Positions 22,165 to 32,209 of a stretch of 64,000 bases of DNA are shown here, one piece after another. How positions within the stretch are numbered: the stretch's first letter is position 1; each line of letters begins with the position of its first letter. The translations under genes were made by a program, and so were the position numbers. This DNA comes from an uncultured delta proteobacterium (lineage in GTDB: Bacteria > Desulfobacterota > Binatia > UBA9968): assembly GCA_963847445.1 (NCBI GenBank), contig CAWJZV010000042.1, positions 1 to 64,000 on the forward strand, given 5' to 3'. The notes below the pieces were generated by a model. It was not told the origin of the DNA and did not search any database. It saw only the letters and a program-made list of their open reading frames with translations.

Positions 22165-22280
22165 GGTCGCGCCAATGCTCGAAGCCTTCGAGTATCTGTG
22201 ATACAGCGATTCTATCGACGCTGCCAATGGTGCACGGCTAACGGGCCTTCGGCTAGTTCGAAAACCGGCCGGATACGGCT

Positions 22281-22676
22281 TTACTTGCTGGCGCCGACCC
22301 AGCCGGCGTTGGAAACATCGATGACTTGGTCATCGATCACGACGCACTTGACTTCGAAATAGGACTGCGGCTTGGACGGATCGCCGTGATTGACTTCATT
22401 GCGTTGGTTGAGCGGTTTGCCGCCGAGGGCGCGAATTTTTTCCACGGCGGCGTCGACGTCGTCCACTTGAAAGCCGACATGATCGACGCCCAACTTCATG
22501 GTCTCGCCCTCGACCACGCCGCGCATGTTGAGGATCGCGATGTTGAGATAGCCGTCGGTGAGATAGATGCCGCTCTGGCCGACGCCGACCTGTTCGAGGC
22601 CGAAAGCCTCTTTGTAGAAGGCGGCGGTCTTTTCGATGTCGTGGGTTCTGATCGCGATATGTTTGATCCTTGCCAT
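22281..22676 (-). CDS. VOC/glyoxalase family protein
   Basis: IKHIAI, AAFYKEAFGL, YLTDGYLNIAIL, GVDHVGFQVDD. Confidence 0.88.
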   Translation of the reverse strand: MARIKHIAIRTHDIEKTAAFYKEAFGLEQVGVGQSGIYLTDGYLNIAILNMRGVVEGETMKLGVDHVGFQVDDVDAAVEKIRALGGKPLNQRNEVNHGDPSKPQSYFEVKCVVIDDQVIDVSNAGWVGASK

Positions 22677-22705
22677 GTGTCGATCCTCCACTGGTCGGCG
22701 AGAGC

Positions 22706-23653
22706 CTATTTTTGCGCCAAAACTTCCTTGAGAAAGCGCCAGTCCATGATTTTGTCTTCAGATATATCTTCGGTGAGCTTGAGCTGTTCCCTGGCCAGAC
22801 GGATCTCCGTATCCATGGTGTTCTTGGCGACGAGGCCGTCGGGGTTGAGGGAGCGCATGGCGAAGTCGTGGACTTTCACCGCGGCGTCGGCGCTGACGTG
22901 CAAATAGTCGCGCATGATCGCCAGGGTCTCCGGCTTATGGTCGCGGATGAAGCGCACGCCTTTGAGCGAGGCGCGGATCATGCGGGTGATTTGCGCCGGG
23001 TTCTTGCGAATCTTGTCCATGGAAACGCCGAAGCCGCCGAGCCGCGTGTGCACGACGTCGCCGAAGTAGATTACTGAAACGAGGCCGAGCTTTTCCGCTT
23101 TCTCGACATAGGCGACATCGAGGGGCGTTGCATCTACCGTGCCGGCGACCAATGCCGCCAACCGGTCGCCCGAGCCGCCGACCGCGAGGGTCGTGACGTC
23201 GCGATCGGGATTCATGCCGGCTTGGGCGAGGGCTTCGCGCAAGATGATATGCGGCGCCGAACCCAAACCGCTGACGCCGATTTTTTTCCCTTTGAAGTCG
23301 GTGAGCCGTTTGAAGTTCGGTTTGGCGATCAAGATATGCAGAGGCCGGTCGAACCAGCCCATGACACCTTTGACCGGGAGGTTCTGAATCGAAGCGCGGG
23401 CAATCAGGCCGCTGACCGTGGAGTAATCGAGTTCGCCGGCAAGCAAGGCCGCGACCTGAAGATTGGTCCGAATCACCACCTTGCGCGCATCGAGGTTTTC
23501 TTCCCGATAGAAACCTTTGCGTTGGGCGATCTCGGTGGGAAGTTCATACAAGCCAGGCGTCGATATGCCGATGTGAACGACTTCGGCGCGGCTTGCGAAG
23601 GGCTGACTGACTAGAAGCGCGACTAACGTGAGGAGCTGTTTATACCAAGACAT
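22706..23653 (-). CDS. ABC substrate-binding protein, NMT1/SsuA family
   Basis: KGFYREENLD, LLAGELDY, FKGKKIGVS. Confidence 0.88.
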   Translation of the reverse strand: MSWYKQLLTLVALLVSQPFASRAEVVHIGISTPGLYELPTEIAQRKGFYREENLDARKVVIRTNLQVAALLAGELDYSTVSGLIARASIQNLPVKGVMGWFDRPLHILIAKPNFKRLTDFKGKKIGVSGLGSAPHIILREALAQAGMNPDRDVTTLAVGGSGDRLAALVAGTVDATPLDVAYVEKAEKLGLVSVIYFGDVVHTRLGGFGVSMDKIRKNPAQITRMIRASLKGVRFIRDHKPETLAIMRDYLHVSADAAVKVHDFAMRSLNPDGLVAKNTMDTEIRLAREQLKLTEDISEDKIMDWRFLKEVLAQK

Positions 23654-23729
23654 TGCTCCAGCCCTGCGTCGTCAGTTATCACATTGCACTCGGCGAAAGC
23701 GTGGTTGCTAACCTTGGGAGGAGGATCCC

Positions 23730-23997
23730 TTCACCACGAAGGCACAGACGAAGTTCGGAAATATTATTCCGAAGCTTCGCGCTGCCGAAGTCCTTAGAAA
23801 ATACAGTGTAGGATGATCTGCACAACGATGACGATCTCTGGTCCGTCCTCCGGCGCAGGCCAGTATCCAATCCGAGGCAGTTTCCGCTTCCGGATGCGCG
23901 ACGCCGCGCCAAGCATGCACGGGTAGTGACACGAAGGCTTTCGGAATAATCATTCATCTCCGAACTTCGTGCTCTTCGATGTCTTCGTGGTTAATAT
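23730..23997. repeat. 9-mer-arm hairpin repeat interrupted by a degenerate insert
   Basis: CACCACGAAGGCACAGACGAAG ... CTTCGTGCTCTTCGATGTCTTCGTGGT. Confidence 0.65.
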
Positions 23998-24010
23998 CGA
24001 CCGATCGATT

Positions 24011-24583
24011 TTACGTCGCGGCTTTGGCGGTCTTGGCAATGAACTTCAGGGCCACGCCGTTGTTGCACCAGCGTTGGCCGGTCGGTTTGGGGCCGTCGTC
24101 GAAGACATGGCCGTGATGGCCGCCGCAGCGGATGCAGTGGTATTCGGTGCGCGGCAGGATCAACTTATAGTCGGTGGTCTTGCCGAAGGCGCCGGGGATG
24201 GTGGTGAAAAAGCTTGGCCAGCCGGTGCCGCTTTCGAATTTCATCTCCGAGGTGAACAGCGGCAGGCCGCAGCCGGCGCAGGCGAAGATGCCGGGCCGTT
24301 TTTCGTTATTGAGCGGGCTCGATCCTGGCTGTTCCGTGCCTTCTTCGCGCAGGATGTGAAACTGCTCAGGAGTCAATCGCTTGCGCCATTCGTCTTTGGA
24401 AAGTTTTAATGGCTCGGTGGGCAGCGGCACTTTAACGCCGTCGGCGAGCAGCGTCTGCCAATTTTTTTGCAGCGCGTCGAGGCTTTTTACCGGCGCAGCT
24501 GTCGCGGCGGTGGCCGCGCGGTTTTTCCAAAGCGTCGACAGTCCCGCGGCCAGCATCCCCAAGAACAGATTACGTCTCGTCAT
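24011..24583 (-). CDS. msrB: Peptide-methionine (R)-S-oxide reductase with Tat-like signal
   Basis: ILREEGTE, CAGC, KFESGTGWPSF, CIRCGGHHGHVFDDGP, RWCNNG; N-terminal TRRNLF. Confidence 0.95.
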   Translation of the reverse strand: MTRRNLFLGMLAAGLSTLWKNRAATAATAAPVKSLDALQKNWQTLLADGVKVPLPTEPLKLSKDEWRKRLTPEQFHILREEGTEQPGSSPLNNEKRPGIFACAGCGLPLFTSEMKFESGTGWPSFFTTIPGAFGKTTDYKLILPRTEYHCIRCGGHHGHVFDDGPKPTGQRWCNNGVALKFIAKTAKAAT

Positions 24584-24808
24584 AGCTTGGTCTCCTCCAT
24601 CGGCTAGCGCGATAACGCCGTTGGGCGGCGATTGGTTCCCAGGGCGGCACCACATCTGGGATCGAGTTGCTTGGTATTAAAACAGTAAGGTCTCAATGAC
24701 AAGGATAAAACGACTCGGATCGCGCCGCTCAGCGGGACAACGTAGGGGGCGTGGATCGCGGAAGGTTGGCAGCGTTCGCGCTCGACAGTACCACCGTCGG
24801 TCAAAACG

Positions 24809-25210
24809 TTAAAGCAAATTGTCACACTTCTGAAGTGTTTGAAGCTTGCTGATAATCTCCCCGGTGAGCTCCATGACCTCGGGCAGGCGCGCGGGATCGC
24901 AAGCGCATCCGGCGACCTTGGCTGAACCCAGGGCTAACGACCTGATCAGCTCAGTATCTGGCGGCAGCACTTTCGATCGGCCATGGTTGAAGCGAAGCCT
25001 TGTCGCCTTCATCAATTCCAGGTTGGCTTCGATGTTCGATCGTGCCGCGCGATAAAAGTCTTGGCAGGCCGGATCTTCTGCGTTGTTTTCCCGTGCCAGC
25101 AGTTTCTCGCGGCAAAGCGCCAGGGCGTTGGACACGATAAAATGCGCCACCGAGTAATTGATGATCTCATCGCTGGAAAGGTCGCTTTTAGTTCTTGCTT
25201 GAGTGCTCAC
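24809..25210 (-). CDS. Hypothetical helical protein (133 aa)
   Basis: GAGG RBS, GTG start, sigma-54-like promoter upstream. Confidence 0.55.
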   Translation of the reverse strand: MSTQARTKSDLSSDEIINYSVAHFIVSNALALCREKLLARENNAEDPACQDFYRAARSNIEANLELMKATRLRFNHGRSKVLPPDTELIRSLALGSAKVAGCACDPARLPEVMELTGEIISKLQTLQKCDNLL

Positions 25211-25291
25211 GTTGGATCCTCGATAGCCAATCTACACGTCAGGGCCCACTTGCGGGTTGCCACGTGATAGTCAGCGTTTTCGATTGTCCTA

Positions 25292-25307
25292 CGCAAGCCC
25301 TCTGCCA
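25292..25307 (-). promoter_or_regulatory. Putative sigma-54 promoter
   Basis: Minus strand TGGCAGAGGGCTTGCG (GG-N10-GC); IHF-like TTTCAGCAACTTA ~40 nt further upstream. Confidence 0.5.
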
Positions 25308-25535
25308 GTCATGCTGAGTCACAGAAGATTTGCTGCTGTGACCGGTAAGTTGCTGAAACTCAAAGGTTTTAGGCCGCGTGCTTGAGCGTATCTGGAGGGC
25401 TCCATTGGAGCGCTAGGGAGGGGCGGATTAGCAACCGCGGTTACCAACTGTAAACTTAGTTATTCACTTACTGGATGTTAGAACAGCAGGTGGTGTCCAG
25501 GGCTTTGACCATTTCGACCGTGAAATTCGCCGGCC

Positions 25536-26576
25536 TTACCAGCGCTTTCCCGGCACTTCGCCAGCCCAGAGATCCTTGAGAAAACCGCTCTTTTCCAAAT
25601 TTTCGGCGAAGCTATTGTCGTAGGTTTCACTCGGTTTGCGGCGCACCTGGGCACCGGCCTGACGGGCGGATTCGATGGTATCGGCGACCCGGGATGCGGG
25701 AATGGTGACGCGGCGGTTTACCAACTGCTTGGCATAGGCATCGTAGGCGGCTTGCAAGGATTCGGCGTCCTTGATCGCCAGGACTTTGCCCACCGATGCA
25801 TTGGCGCGGTCCGGGTTTTTTTCGACAAAATGAACCGCTTCGGCCATGGCGGCGACGAATTTCTGCACGACCTCGGGCCGTTCTTTAAGGAGCCGATTGC
25901 TGGTGAACAGGCTGCTGTAAATCGCCGGCAAATTGAGATCGTCGAGTTGATAGATGACGTTGAGACCATCGCGCCGGGCGCGCGCGTCAAGCGGCGGCGT
26001 GACCATGGTCGCATGTCCCAAGTCTTGCAGCAGTGCGTTGTAAACCTCGGTCTGGCCGGCGCCGCCGATATGGCGAATGCTCAATTCGTTGGGACCGAAG
26101 TTGAGCCGCTTCATCAAGACGCGAATCAGCGTGTCGGGCGTGCCGCCGGGGCGGGTGGCGATAAAAATCTTGCCCTTGAGATCTTCGACACGGCGGATAT
26201 CTTTGCGCGCGATCATCACCCAGGGCAGGCCGACCAAGGGCGAGGCGATCATCTTGGCTTCAGCGCCGGCGGCGAGGCTCGGGATGATCGCATCGGCGGT
26301 ACAGTAGAGAAAGTGGAGTTCATTGGAGGACAGCGCCGCCACTGAAACACCGGCACCACGGATCAACAGGAACTCGACTTTGAGACCGTACTTTTCGAAT
26401 AGCCGGTTGTCGACGGCGGTGTAAAGATGCATGAAGCCGCCGCTGATCGCACAGGTGGCGACGCGAATCGATGTCGGAGTTTCACCGGGCTTGGCCAGGT
26501 AAGGATTGGCCGCGTGCAGCACAGAGGATGAGCAGAGCAGGAACGCGAGAGCGATTAATTTGCCGGTGTTTTTCAT
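25536..26576 (-). CDS. ABC substrate-binding protein, NMT1/SsuA family
   Basis: LFEKYGLKVE, VEDLKGK, VTPP; signal peptide. Confidence 0.88.
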   Translation of the reverse strand: MKNTGKLIALAFLLCSSSVLHAANPYLAKPGETPTSIRVATCAISGGFMHLYTAVDNRLFEKYGLKVEFLLIRGAGVSVAALSSNELHFLYCTADAIIPSLAAGAEAKMIASPLVGLPWVMIARKDIRRVEDLKGKIFIATRPGGTPDTLIRVLMKRLNFGPNELSIRHIGGAGQTEVYNALLQDLGHATMVTPPLDARARRDGLNVIYQLDDLNLPAIYSSLFTSNRLLKERPEVVQKFVAAMAEAVHFVEKNPDRANASVGKVLAIKDAESLQAAYDAYAKQLVNRRVTIPASRVADTIESARQAGAQVRRKPSETYDNSFAENLEKSGFLKDLWAGEVPGKRW

Positions 26577-26954
26577 GTGGAATCTCCCAAATGGTAGCCA
26601 GGCTCGCAACGTCGAACACGCTTGATCTCAACAACCTAGCATGAACTACGAAAGGACCGCACCGTTGCGGCAAACTTAGACTGGGGCCTGGTTGTGCTGT
26701 CGATTCGGCGCGTTAACGCGGAATCATTTTTCACAAGCGGTCGAGGTGATTTTCGCGGATATCTTTTCTGGCTTCGCTAAGCTGTGATCGTTAGATAAGC
26801 AACGACGGTACATACGCATTTTCCAGGCGCACACCGACATATCGTTGTGGTAGAGGGCGATCACAATTATGACTGTTCAAGGTTCAATCTCTCAACGTTC
26901 AAGGTTTCCGCACTGGGAACAAGACTCAGATGGTTCAGTCTAGGGAGGCCGCAG

Positions 26955-27939
26955 TTACTTGCCGAGTGATGCTAGGGCTTTGTTGTAAAAGCGTTCGTCG
27001 ACATATTTTTCGGCTTTGAATTCGCCCGGTTTCATCAGGCCGGCGACTTCGCGCAGTTCGATGACCGTGCGGATGCCCGCCATGTCGATGCGGCTGCGCG
27101 CTGTCAGGCCCATGGTTGGGCTGAGCGTGCTGGCGTACATGGCCTCGGCGCGCGCCTTGTTGCCCTTGGTTTCGCCGAGCAGCATTTGCACGGCGTCGTC
27201 TTTGTTCTTCTTGTCCTGCAACCAATCGGTGGCGCGGATCATGGCGCGGTTGAAGCGCACGATCAGCTCTTCGTTGGCGTTAGCCCAGACCCGCCGGGTG
27301 GCGCCGAGGCCGCGGGCGTAATTTTTGACGTAATCTTCCGAGCGCGCCGAGGATCTTGAAGCCGCGTTTGGCGATGTCAGCGTCGGGCATGCTCATCATC
27401 GCGCCGGAGGCGTCGCCCCGGCTCATGGCGTCGGCGCGGGCGCCGGTGTTGCCGAAGGACTTTATCTGGTAGTCCTTCTTCCACTCTAGGCCGTGCTTTT
27501 TGAGGATCGCGATAGCGACCACCGCATAGCCCGTGGTGACGGCGTCGGCGGCCAGCAGTTTGCCCTTGAGATCGGCAAAATCGTTGATGCCCGGCGCAAC
27601 CACGAGTTTTTGATCGACGCCCTGGCTGCCGCCGAGGAAGATCACGAAGTCGTTTTTTTGCGGGTCTTCGCCCTGGCCTTCGGCCCAAGCGATGACGTTG
27701 TCGGCGTTGTTCAAGATCAAGTCATAGTTGCCCTTGATCAAGTTGCGCAGCAAGGTCGGCGAGTCGGTGACCGTGCTGATCTCGACGGCGATATTTTCCT
27801 GCTTGAGAAAGCCCTTTTCGACCGCCGTGATGATCGCGGCGTCGCGGTTGAATAAACCGATTTTGATCGAGTCTTGCGCCATAAGTTCGATCGGCAGCAG
27901 CGCCAACGCGGCCGCCAACACTCCCTTCAATAGTTTCAT
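26955..27939 (-). CDS. ABC substrate-binding protein, NMT1 family (frameshift ~27345)
   Basis: EKGFLKQENI, NNADNVIAW, DLKGKLLAADAVTTGYA; C-terminal part in ORF 26955-27260. Confidence 0.82.
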
Positions 27940-28044
27940 TCGAAGATCCTCCGCAGCCATTTATCCGATTCCCGTCCGTGCTTGTCAATATGTACATGCC
28001 AATCCGTGAATCGTCCAGGCGCTCGCGGCGTCGGGAAAGCCGCC

Positions 28045-28181
28045 GCGAGTAAGCCTTTGTCGCGGATCGCGATGACATGTTCTTTGTCGATGTCGACGAA
28101 GGTGATGTCCGCGCCGGCGCGCGCCAGCCGGCCGCCGATGATGCCGCCGATGGGACCGCTGCCGATGACGATCATGCGCAT
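28045..28181 (-). pseudogene. N-terminal ~45 aa of a ketopantoate reductase (ApbA/PanE) family gene, truncated
   Basis: MRMIVIGSGPIGGIIGGRLARAGADITFVDIDKEHVIAIRDKGL with GGAGG RBS; rest of domain missing. Confidence 0.75.
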
Positions 28182-28444
28182 ATGAAAATACCTCCGCTGC
28201 GGATTTTAGCTGTCGTACAAATATTCAATGGCCGCCTCGCCGTCAATAGGGAGATTCGATAGCTTAGAAGTGTTCCAGAACAAAAGGCCTCAGTCGCCGA
28301 CGCCTGAATGCCAATAGCTATATCTGTTAATTCATGGGTACGGAGTCCGGGCAAAGCGAATGGGCAGGCCGCGCTTTTGACTTGCTAAGATCGAGTAAAT
28401 AAAGGACCATCGGTGCTCTTGGGCAGTAGGTTTAATTCCCTGGC

Positions 28445-29935
28445 GTGAGTCATCGGAGGCGCCAATTGCAAGATCCGCAAGTCACTTTAATTGTTGTGCT
28501 ACGAGAGCGTTTTAGTTTGACGGAGCGATCCCTCTCGAGCATTTACGAAAACACTCAGTTCCCGTTTCACCTCGTTTATGTTGCCGGTAAAGCTCCCTCC
28601 CGTGTTCAACGCTACCTTCAACAGGAGTCGAGCGAAAAGGGATTTCTGCTGATCACTACGGAACATCACATATCGCCCAATCAAGCACGTAACCTCGGCT
28701 TGAAAGAGGTCAAGACGAAATACGTAGTGTTCATCGATAACGACGCGCTGGTTACTCCGGGATGGCTGGAGGCTCTGGTTCGTTGCGCCGAGGAGACCGG
28801 CGCCTGGGTCGTCGGCCCGCTCTGCTTGATTGGCGAGATCGGCGCCGGGGTTGTCCACGTTGCTGGTGGAAATGTTCACTTTACGGACGAGTCGGGGGGA
28901 AAGGTTTTGTACGACGAGCAAAATCTTTTCAATAAGCCGATTCGAGAATTAAAAGAGCGGCTGGTAAGAAGACGCTTTGACTATGTTGAGTTTCACTGCA
29001 TGTTGGTGCGAACCGAGGCATTCCAATCTGTTGGGACTTTGGACGAGCAACTATTGAGCGTCCACGAGCATATCGATTTTTGTTTGGCCGTAAACCAAGC
29101 GGGCGGCTCGGTTTATGTCGAACCAAAATCTGTCGTTACTTATATTCCTTCACCTCCCTACGACTGGACCGACCTGCCGTACTTCATGCTTCGGTGGAGC
29201 GAGCAGTGGAATATCGCTACCACCGACCGATTCTGTGAAAAGTGGGGCGTCACTGCCATGGGATGGCGTGGCAACAACCAATCGACTCCGGTATCAAGGG
29301 ACTTATTGGTCAAGTTTGGCCGAGGGCACCGCCGCATCATGACCGGGGTTACGTATGTCGCGGACGAAGAGGAGGGTGTCTCTCCTGTTGAACAAGCCGA
29401 GTTGATGATTGCGCTTTTCCAGTCCATCGACCGGGATTATTTCGAACTGAGGGTAAGCGCAAAAAATGGCGAAGTATTGGAGTCGCTACCAAATTTGGGA
29501 CCTGACGACCTTCGACGCCGATTGCCCGAGCTCTTGAGAGAGGCCGAGCATAAACATCTTAGTGTGGCTATTCGTCCCGGGGATCATGGCCGGCAAGGCG
29601 GGCTGAGTTTGCTGCGCTTAGACGACTTAGATGCCCTAGCGCTGGACCTGGTACAACGTAGCGCTTTCATGATCTTGGAGACCGATCAGGGTATCTACCA
29701 ATGCTGGTTCGCGGTGGATAGTAGGCAGATGCCAAACCTGGCGAACAGGATGGCGACGGACAAATTGGCAGCGACGCAGGACCCTTTCGCGCCGTTGGCT
29801 GGAAGCAGACGAACAGCGACGGTGGAGTTGCCGCGTGTCCGAATCGCCCGTGGGAGCGCGGGTCTTCTGATGCCGCCAAACCAGCTAGCCAATCAATCGA
29901 TTCAGCTTCTGCTCGAAAAATGCATGATTCAGTAG
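28445..29935 (+). CDS. GT2 glycosyltransferase fused to a C-terminal RepB-primase-like domain
   Basis: GT2: SPNQARNLGL, YVVFIDND, VEFHCMLVR, EHIDFC. C-terminal ~180 aa: VAIRP, LRLDDLD, FMILETDQGIYQCW, PLAGS. GT2 call is firm; primase call is by-eye motif matching. Confidence 0.8.
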   Translation: MSHRRRQLQDPQVTLIVVLRERFSLTERSLSSIYENTQFPFHLVYVAGKAPSRVQRYLQQESSEKGFLLITTEHHISPNQARNLGLKEVKTKYVVFIDNDALVTPGWLEALVRCAEETGAWVVGPLCLIGEIGAGVVHVAGGNVHFTDESGGKVLYDEQNLFNKPIRELKERLVRRRFDYVEFHCMLVRTEAFQSVGTLDEQLLSVHEHIDFCLAVNQAGGSVYVEPKSVVTYIPSPPYDWTDLPYFMLRWSEQWNIATTDRFCEKWGVTAMGWRGNNQSTPVSRDLLVKFGRGHRRIMTGVTYVADEEEGVSPVEQAELMIALFQSIDRDYFELRVSAKNGEVLESLPNLGPDDLRRRLPELLREAEHKHLSVAIRPGDHGRQGGLSLLRLDDLDALALDLVQRSAFMILETDQGIYQCWFAVDSRQMPNLANRMATDKLAATQDPFAPLAGSRRTATVELPRVRIARGSAGLLMPPNQLANQSIQLLLEKCMIQ

Positions 29936-29948
29936 ACGAGGGAAATTC

Positions 29949-32189
29949 ATGAATTCAGTGGACGACAATTCGATCGAGGCCGCGGGCCATCTCGGACTGC
30001 GCGTGGCGATCTGCGCCACGTTTGTCGCCGAGCCGGTGGAAGAGCCGCTGCAATGCTGGCTGCGTGAGATGGGCGTCACTGCTTCAATTTCTTTCGCGCC
30101 GTACAACCAGGTGTTTCAGCAATTACTCGACCCGTCGAGCTTGCAAGCAAAGAACCAAGATGGAGTGAATGTTGCGTTGGTACGCCTTGAAGATTGGTAT
30201 GGAAAACCTGTTGTTGCCCCAGCCGATGATTCCCCAATGGCGGATCCGCATGAAGCATTGAAGCGCAACGTAGGCGATTTCCTCGCCGGGGTTGTCGAGC
30301 TCAGGAAGCGGAATGCCGCTCCGTTAATCGTGATACTATGCCCGCCTAGTCCGTCGATTGCAGATTCAATTCGGAAATCCAACACCTTGGCTGAAATGGA
30401 AGAGAGGCTTGCATCGGAACTCTCACGAATGAGCGCCGTTGAGATCGTCACTAGCGGTACTCTCTTATCCCTCTATCCATTGGCCGACTATCATGATCCT
30501 CACGGCAGTCTATTGGCTGACATACCCTACTTGCCCCCTTTCTATACATGCTTGTCGATGATGATTGCCCGTAAGCTGCACAAGTTAAAGCTCCCTCAGC
30601 GCAAGGTCATCGTGCTCGATTGCGATAATACTTTGTGGAGCGGTATCGTCGGTGAGGATGGCTGTGAAGGGCTACGTTTCGAACCCTGCCGAAAAATTCT
30701 TCAGGAATGCGTGCTAGCCCAGCAGCGCCGGGGCATGCTGGTCGCGCTCTGCAGCAAGAACGATGAACAAGAAGTGTTGCAGGTTTTCGATGCGCGCAGC
30801 GAAATGCTGTTGAAGAAACCGGATCTCGTCGCCTGGCGAATCAATTGGCAATCGAAGTCGGAGAACCTGGTTTCGCTGTCGCAAGAACTAGGGCTTTCCC
30901 TGGATAGTTTTATATTTCTCGATGACGACCCTATGGTCTGTGCCGAGATCCGCGCGAGTTTGCCGGAAGTTCTGACTCTTTTGTTGCCACCGGTGCCGAG
31001 CGAAATTCCCGCCTTCTTGCGCCATGTTTGGGTCTTCGATCATGATTCGTTGACCAACGAGGACCGGCAACGCACGAAACTCTATCAAGAGCATTTCATG
31101 CGCGAACAGGTTCGGCGTGACTCAACATCGCTCGAGGTTTTTCTCGCCAATCTTGAGTTGGCAGTGACCATTTCAAAAATGGCCGATGCCGAGGTCGAAC
31201 GGGTGGCCGAACTGACAATGAGAACCAACCAATTTAATACGACGACCCAGCGGCGCACACCTCCGGAAATGAAGCAGCTCCAGGGGGCCGCAGCTACAGA
31301 TTGTCTGGTCGTGCATGTAAAGGACCGGTTTGGAGATTATGGCCTTGTTGGGGCGATCCTATGCCAGACCGAGAACGACGGCTTAATCGTCGATTCGTTT
31401 CTGCTCAGTTGCCGAGCGTTGGGCCGCGGGGTGGAGCACCGAGTGATCGCGCACCTCGGCTTGCTTGCACAACAGCGCGGATTGAAGTCCGTCAATATCA
31501 TGTGCAAACCGTCGCCGAAAAATATTCCTGCCGTGGTGTTTCTGAAAAGCCTGCCGGGCGTAGTTTGTACGTCATTCCCCGATCGCCAGATGTTTCAGCT
31601 TGTCGCGGCGGCCGCGGCTTCAGTCACTTACTCTCCGACCGAGCATTCCAACAATGGCAATGGCCGAGTCGAAGAAAGTGACGATGCCGGTTCCAGGCGG
31701 AATGACCAGGCCGAGATGGCCGCCCTAAATACGTTTTTGGCTACCATCGCCGAGAGCCTGCGCGATGTCCCGTCGATGCACGACCGGTTTGCTCACATCC
31801 GTTTGCGACACGCCGCAGTTCCGATCGCTATCCCTCCTCGCACTCCGGTGGAAAGCGCGGTTGCTGCGATCTTCTGCGACTTGTTGGGCCTTGACGAAAT
31901 CAGTGTCGACGATAGTTTTTTCAATTTGGGTGGTCACTCGCTTATCGCGATGCAAGTACTCTCCCGATTGAACGCCGAGTTTGATGCCGAGCTCACGCCA
32001 ACGTTGCTTTTCACCAGCAGCTTCACGGTGGCGGAACTAGCGGACACGTTAGTGCAGCATCAACTTAAGAAAATGAACTCCGGTGATATGGAGCAGATTT
32101 TTCAGAAACTGTCGGAACTCACCGATGAGCAGGCCGAGAACCTCACTCTCAGCGGCTTATCTGAGACCCTCCCATCGGCGCGCAAGTAG
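29949..32189 (+). CDS. FkbH-like HAD-IIIC glyceryl transferase with C-terminal acyl carrier domain
   Basis: ATFVAEPV/FAPYNQVFQQLL N-terminus, VLDCDNTLW, SKND, FLDDDP, RTNQFN, DRFGDYGLVG, LLSCRALGRGVE, DSFFNLGGHSL. Confidence 0.93.
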   Translation: MNSVDDNSIEAAGHLGLRVAICATFVAEPVEEPLQCWLREMGVTASISFAPYNQVFQQLLDPSSLQAKNQDGVNVALVRLEDWYGKPVVAPADDSPMADPHEALKRNVGDFLAGVVELRKRNAAPLIVILCPPSPSIADSIRKSNTLAEMEERLASELSRMSAVEIVTSGTLLSLYPLADYHDPHGSLLADIPYLPPFYTCLSMMIARKLHKLKLPQRKVIVLDCDNTLWSGIVGEDGCEGLRFEPCRKILQECVLAQQRRGMLVALCSKNDEQEVLQVFDARSEMLLKKPDLVAWRINWQSKSENLVSLSQELGLSLDSFIFLDDDPMVCAEIRASLPEVLTLLLPPVPSEIPAFLRHVWVFDHDSLTNEDRQRTKLYQEHFMREQVRRDSTSLEVFLANLELAVTISKMADAEVERVAELTMRTNQFNTTTQRRTPPEMKQLQGAAATDCLVVHVKDRFGDYGLVGAILCQTENDGLIVDSFLLSCRALGRGVEHRVIAHLGLLAQQRGLKSVNIMCKPSPKNIPAVVFLKSLPGVVCTSFPDRQMFQLVAAAAASVTYSPTEHSNNGNGRVEESDDAGSRRNDQAEMAALNTFLATIAESLRDVPSMHDRFAHIRLRHAAVPIAIPPRTPVESAVAAIFCDLLGLDEISVDDSFFNLGGHSLIAMQVLSRLNAEFDAELTPTLLFTSSFTVAELADTLVQHQLKKMNSGDMEQIFQKLSELTDEQAENLTLSGLSETLPSARK

Positions 32190-32209
32190 GGACGCGCGGC
32201 AGAACTTAC

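Noticed and set aside
29378-29935. Integrated plasmid replicon inferred from the RepB-like domain
   Set aside because: No iterons, relaxase, helicase, partition or integrase genes nearby; the domain is fused and appears degenerate
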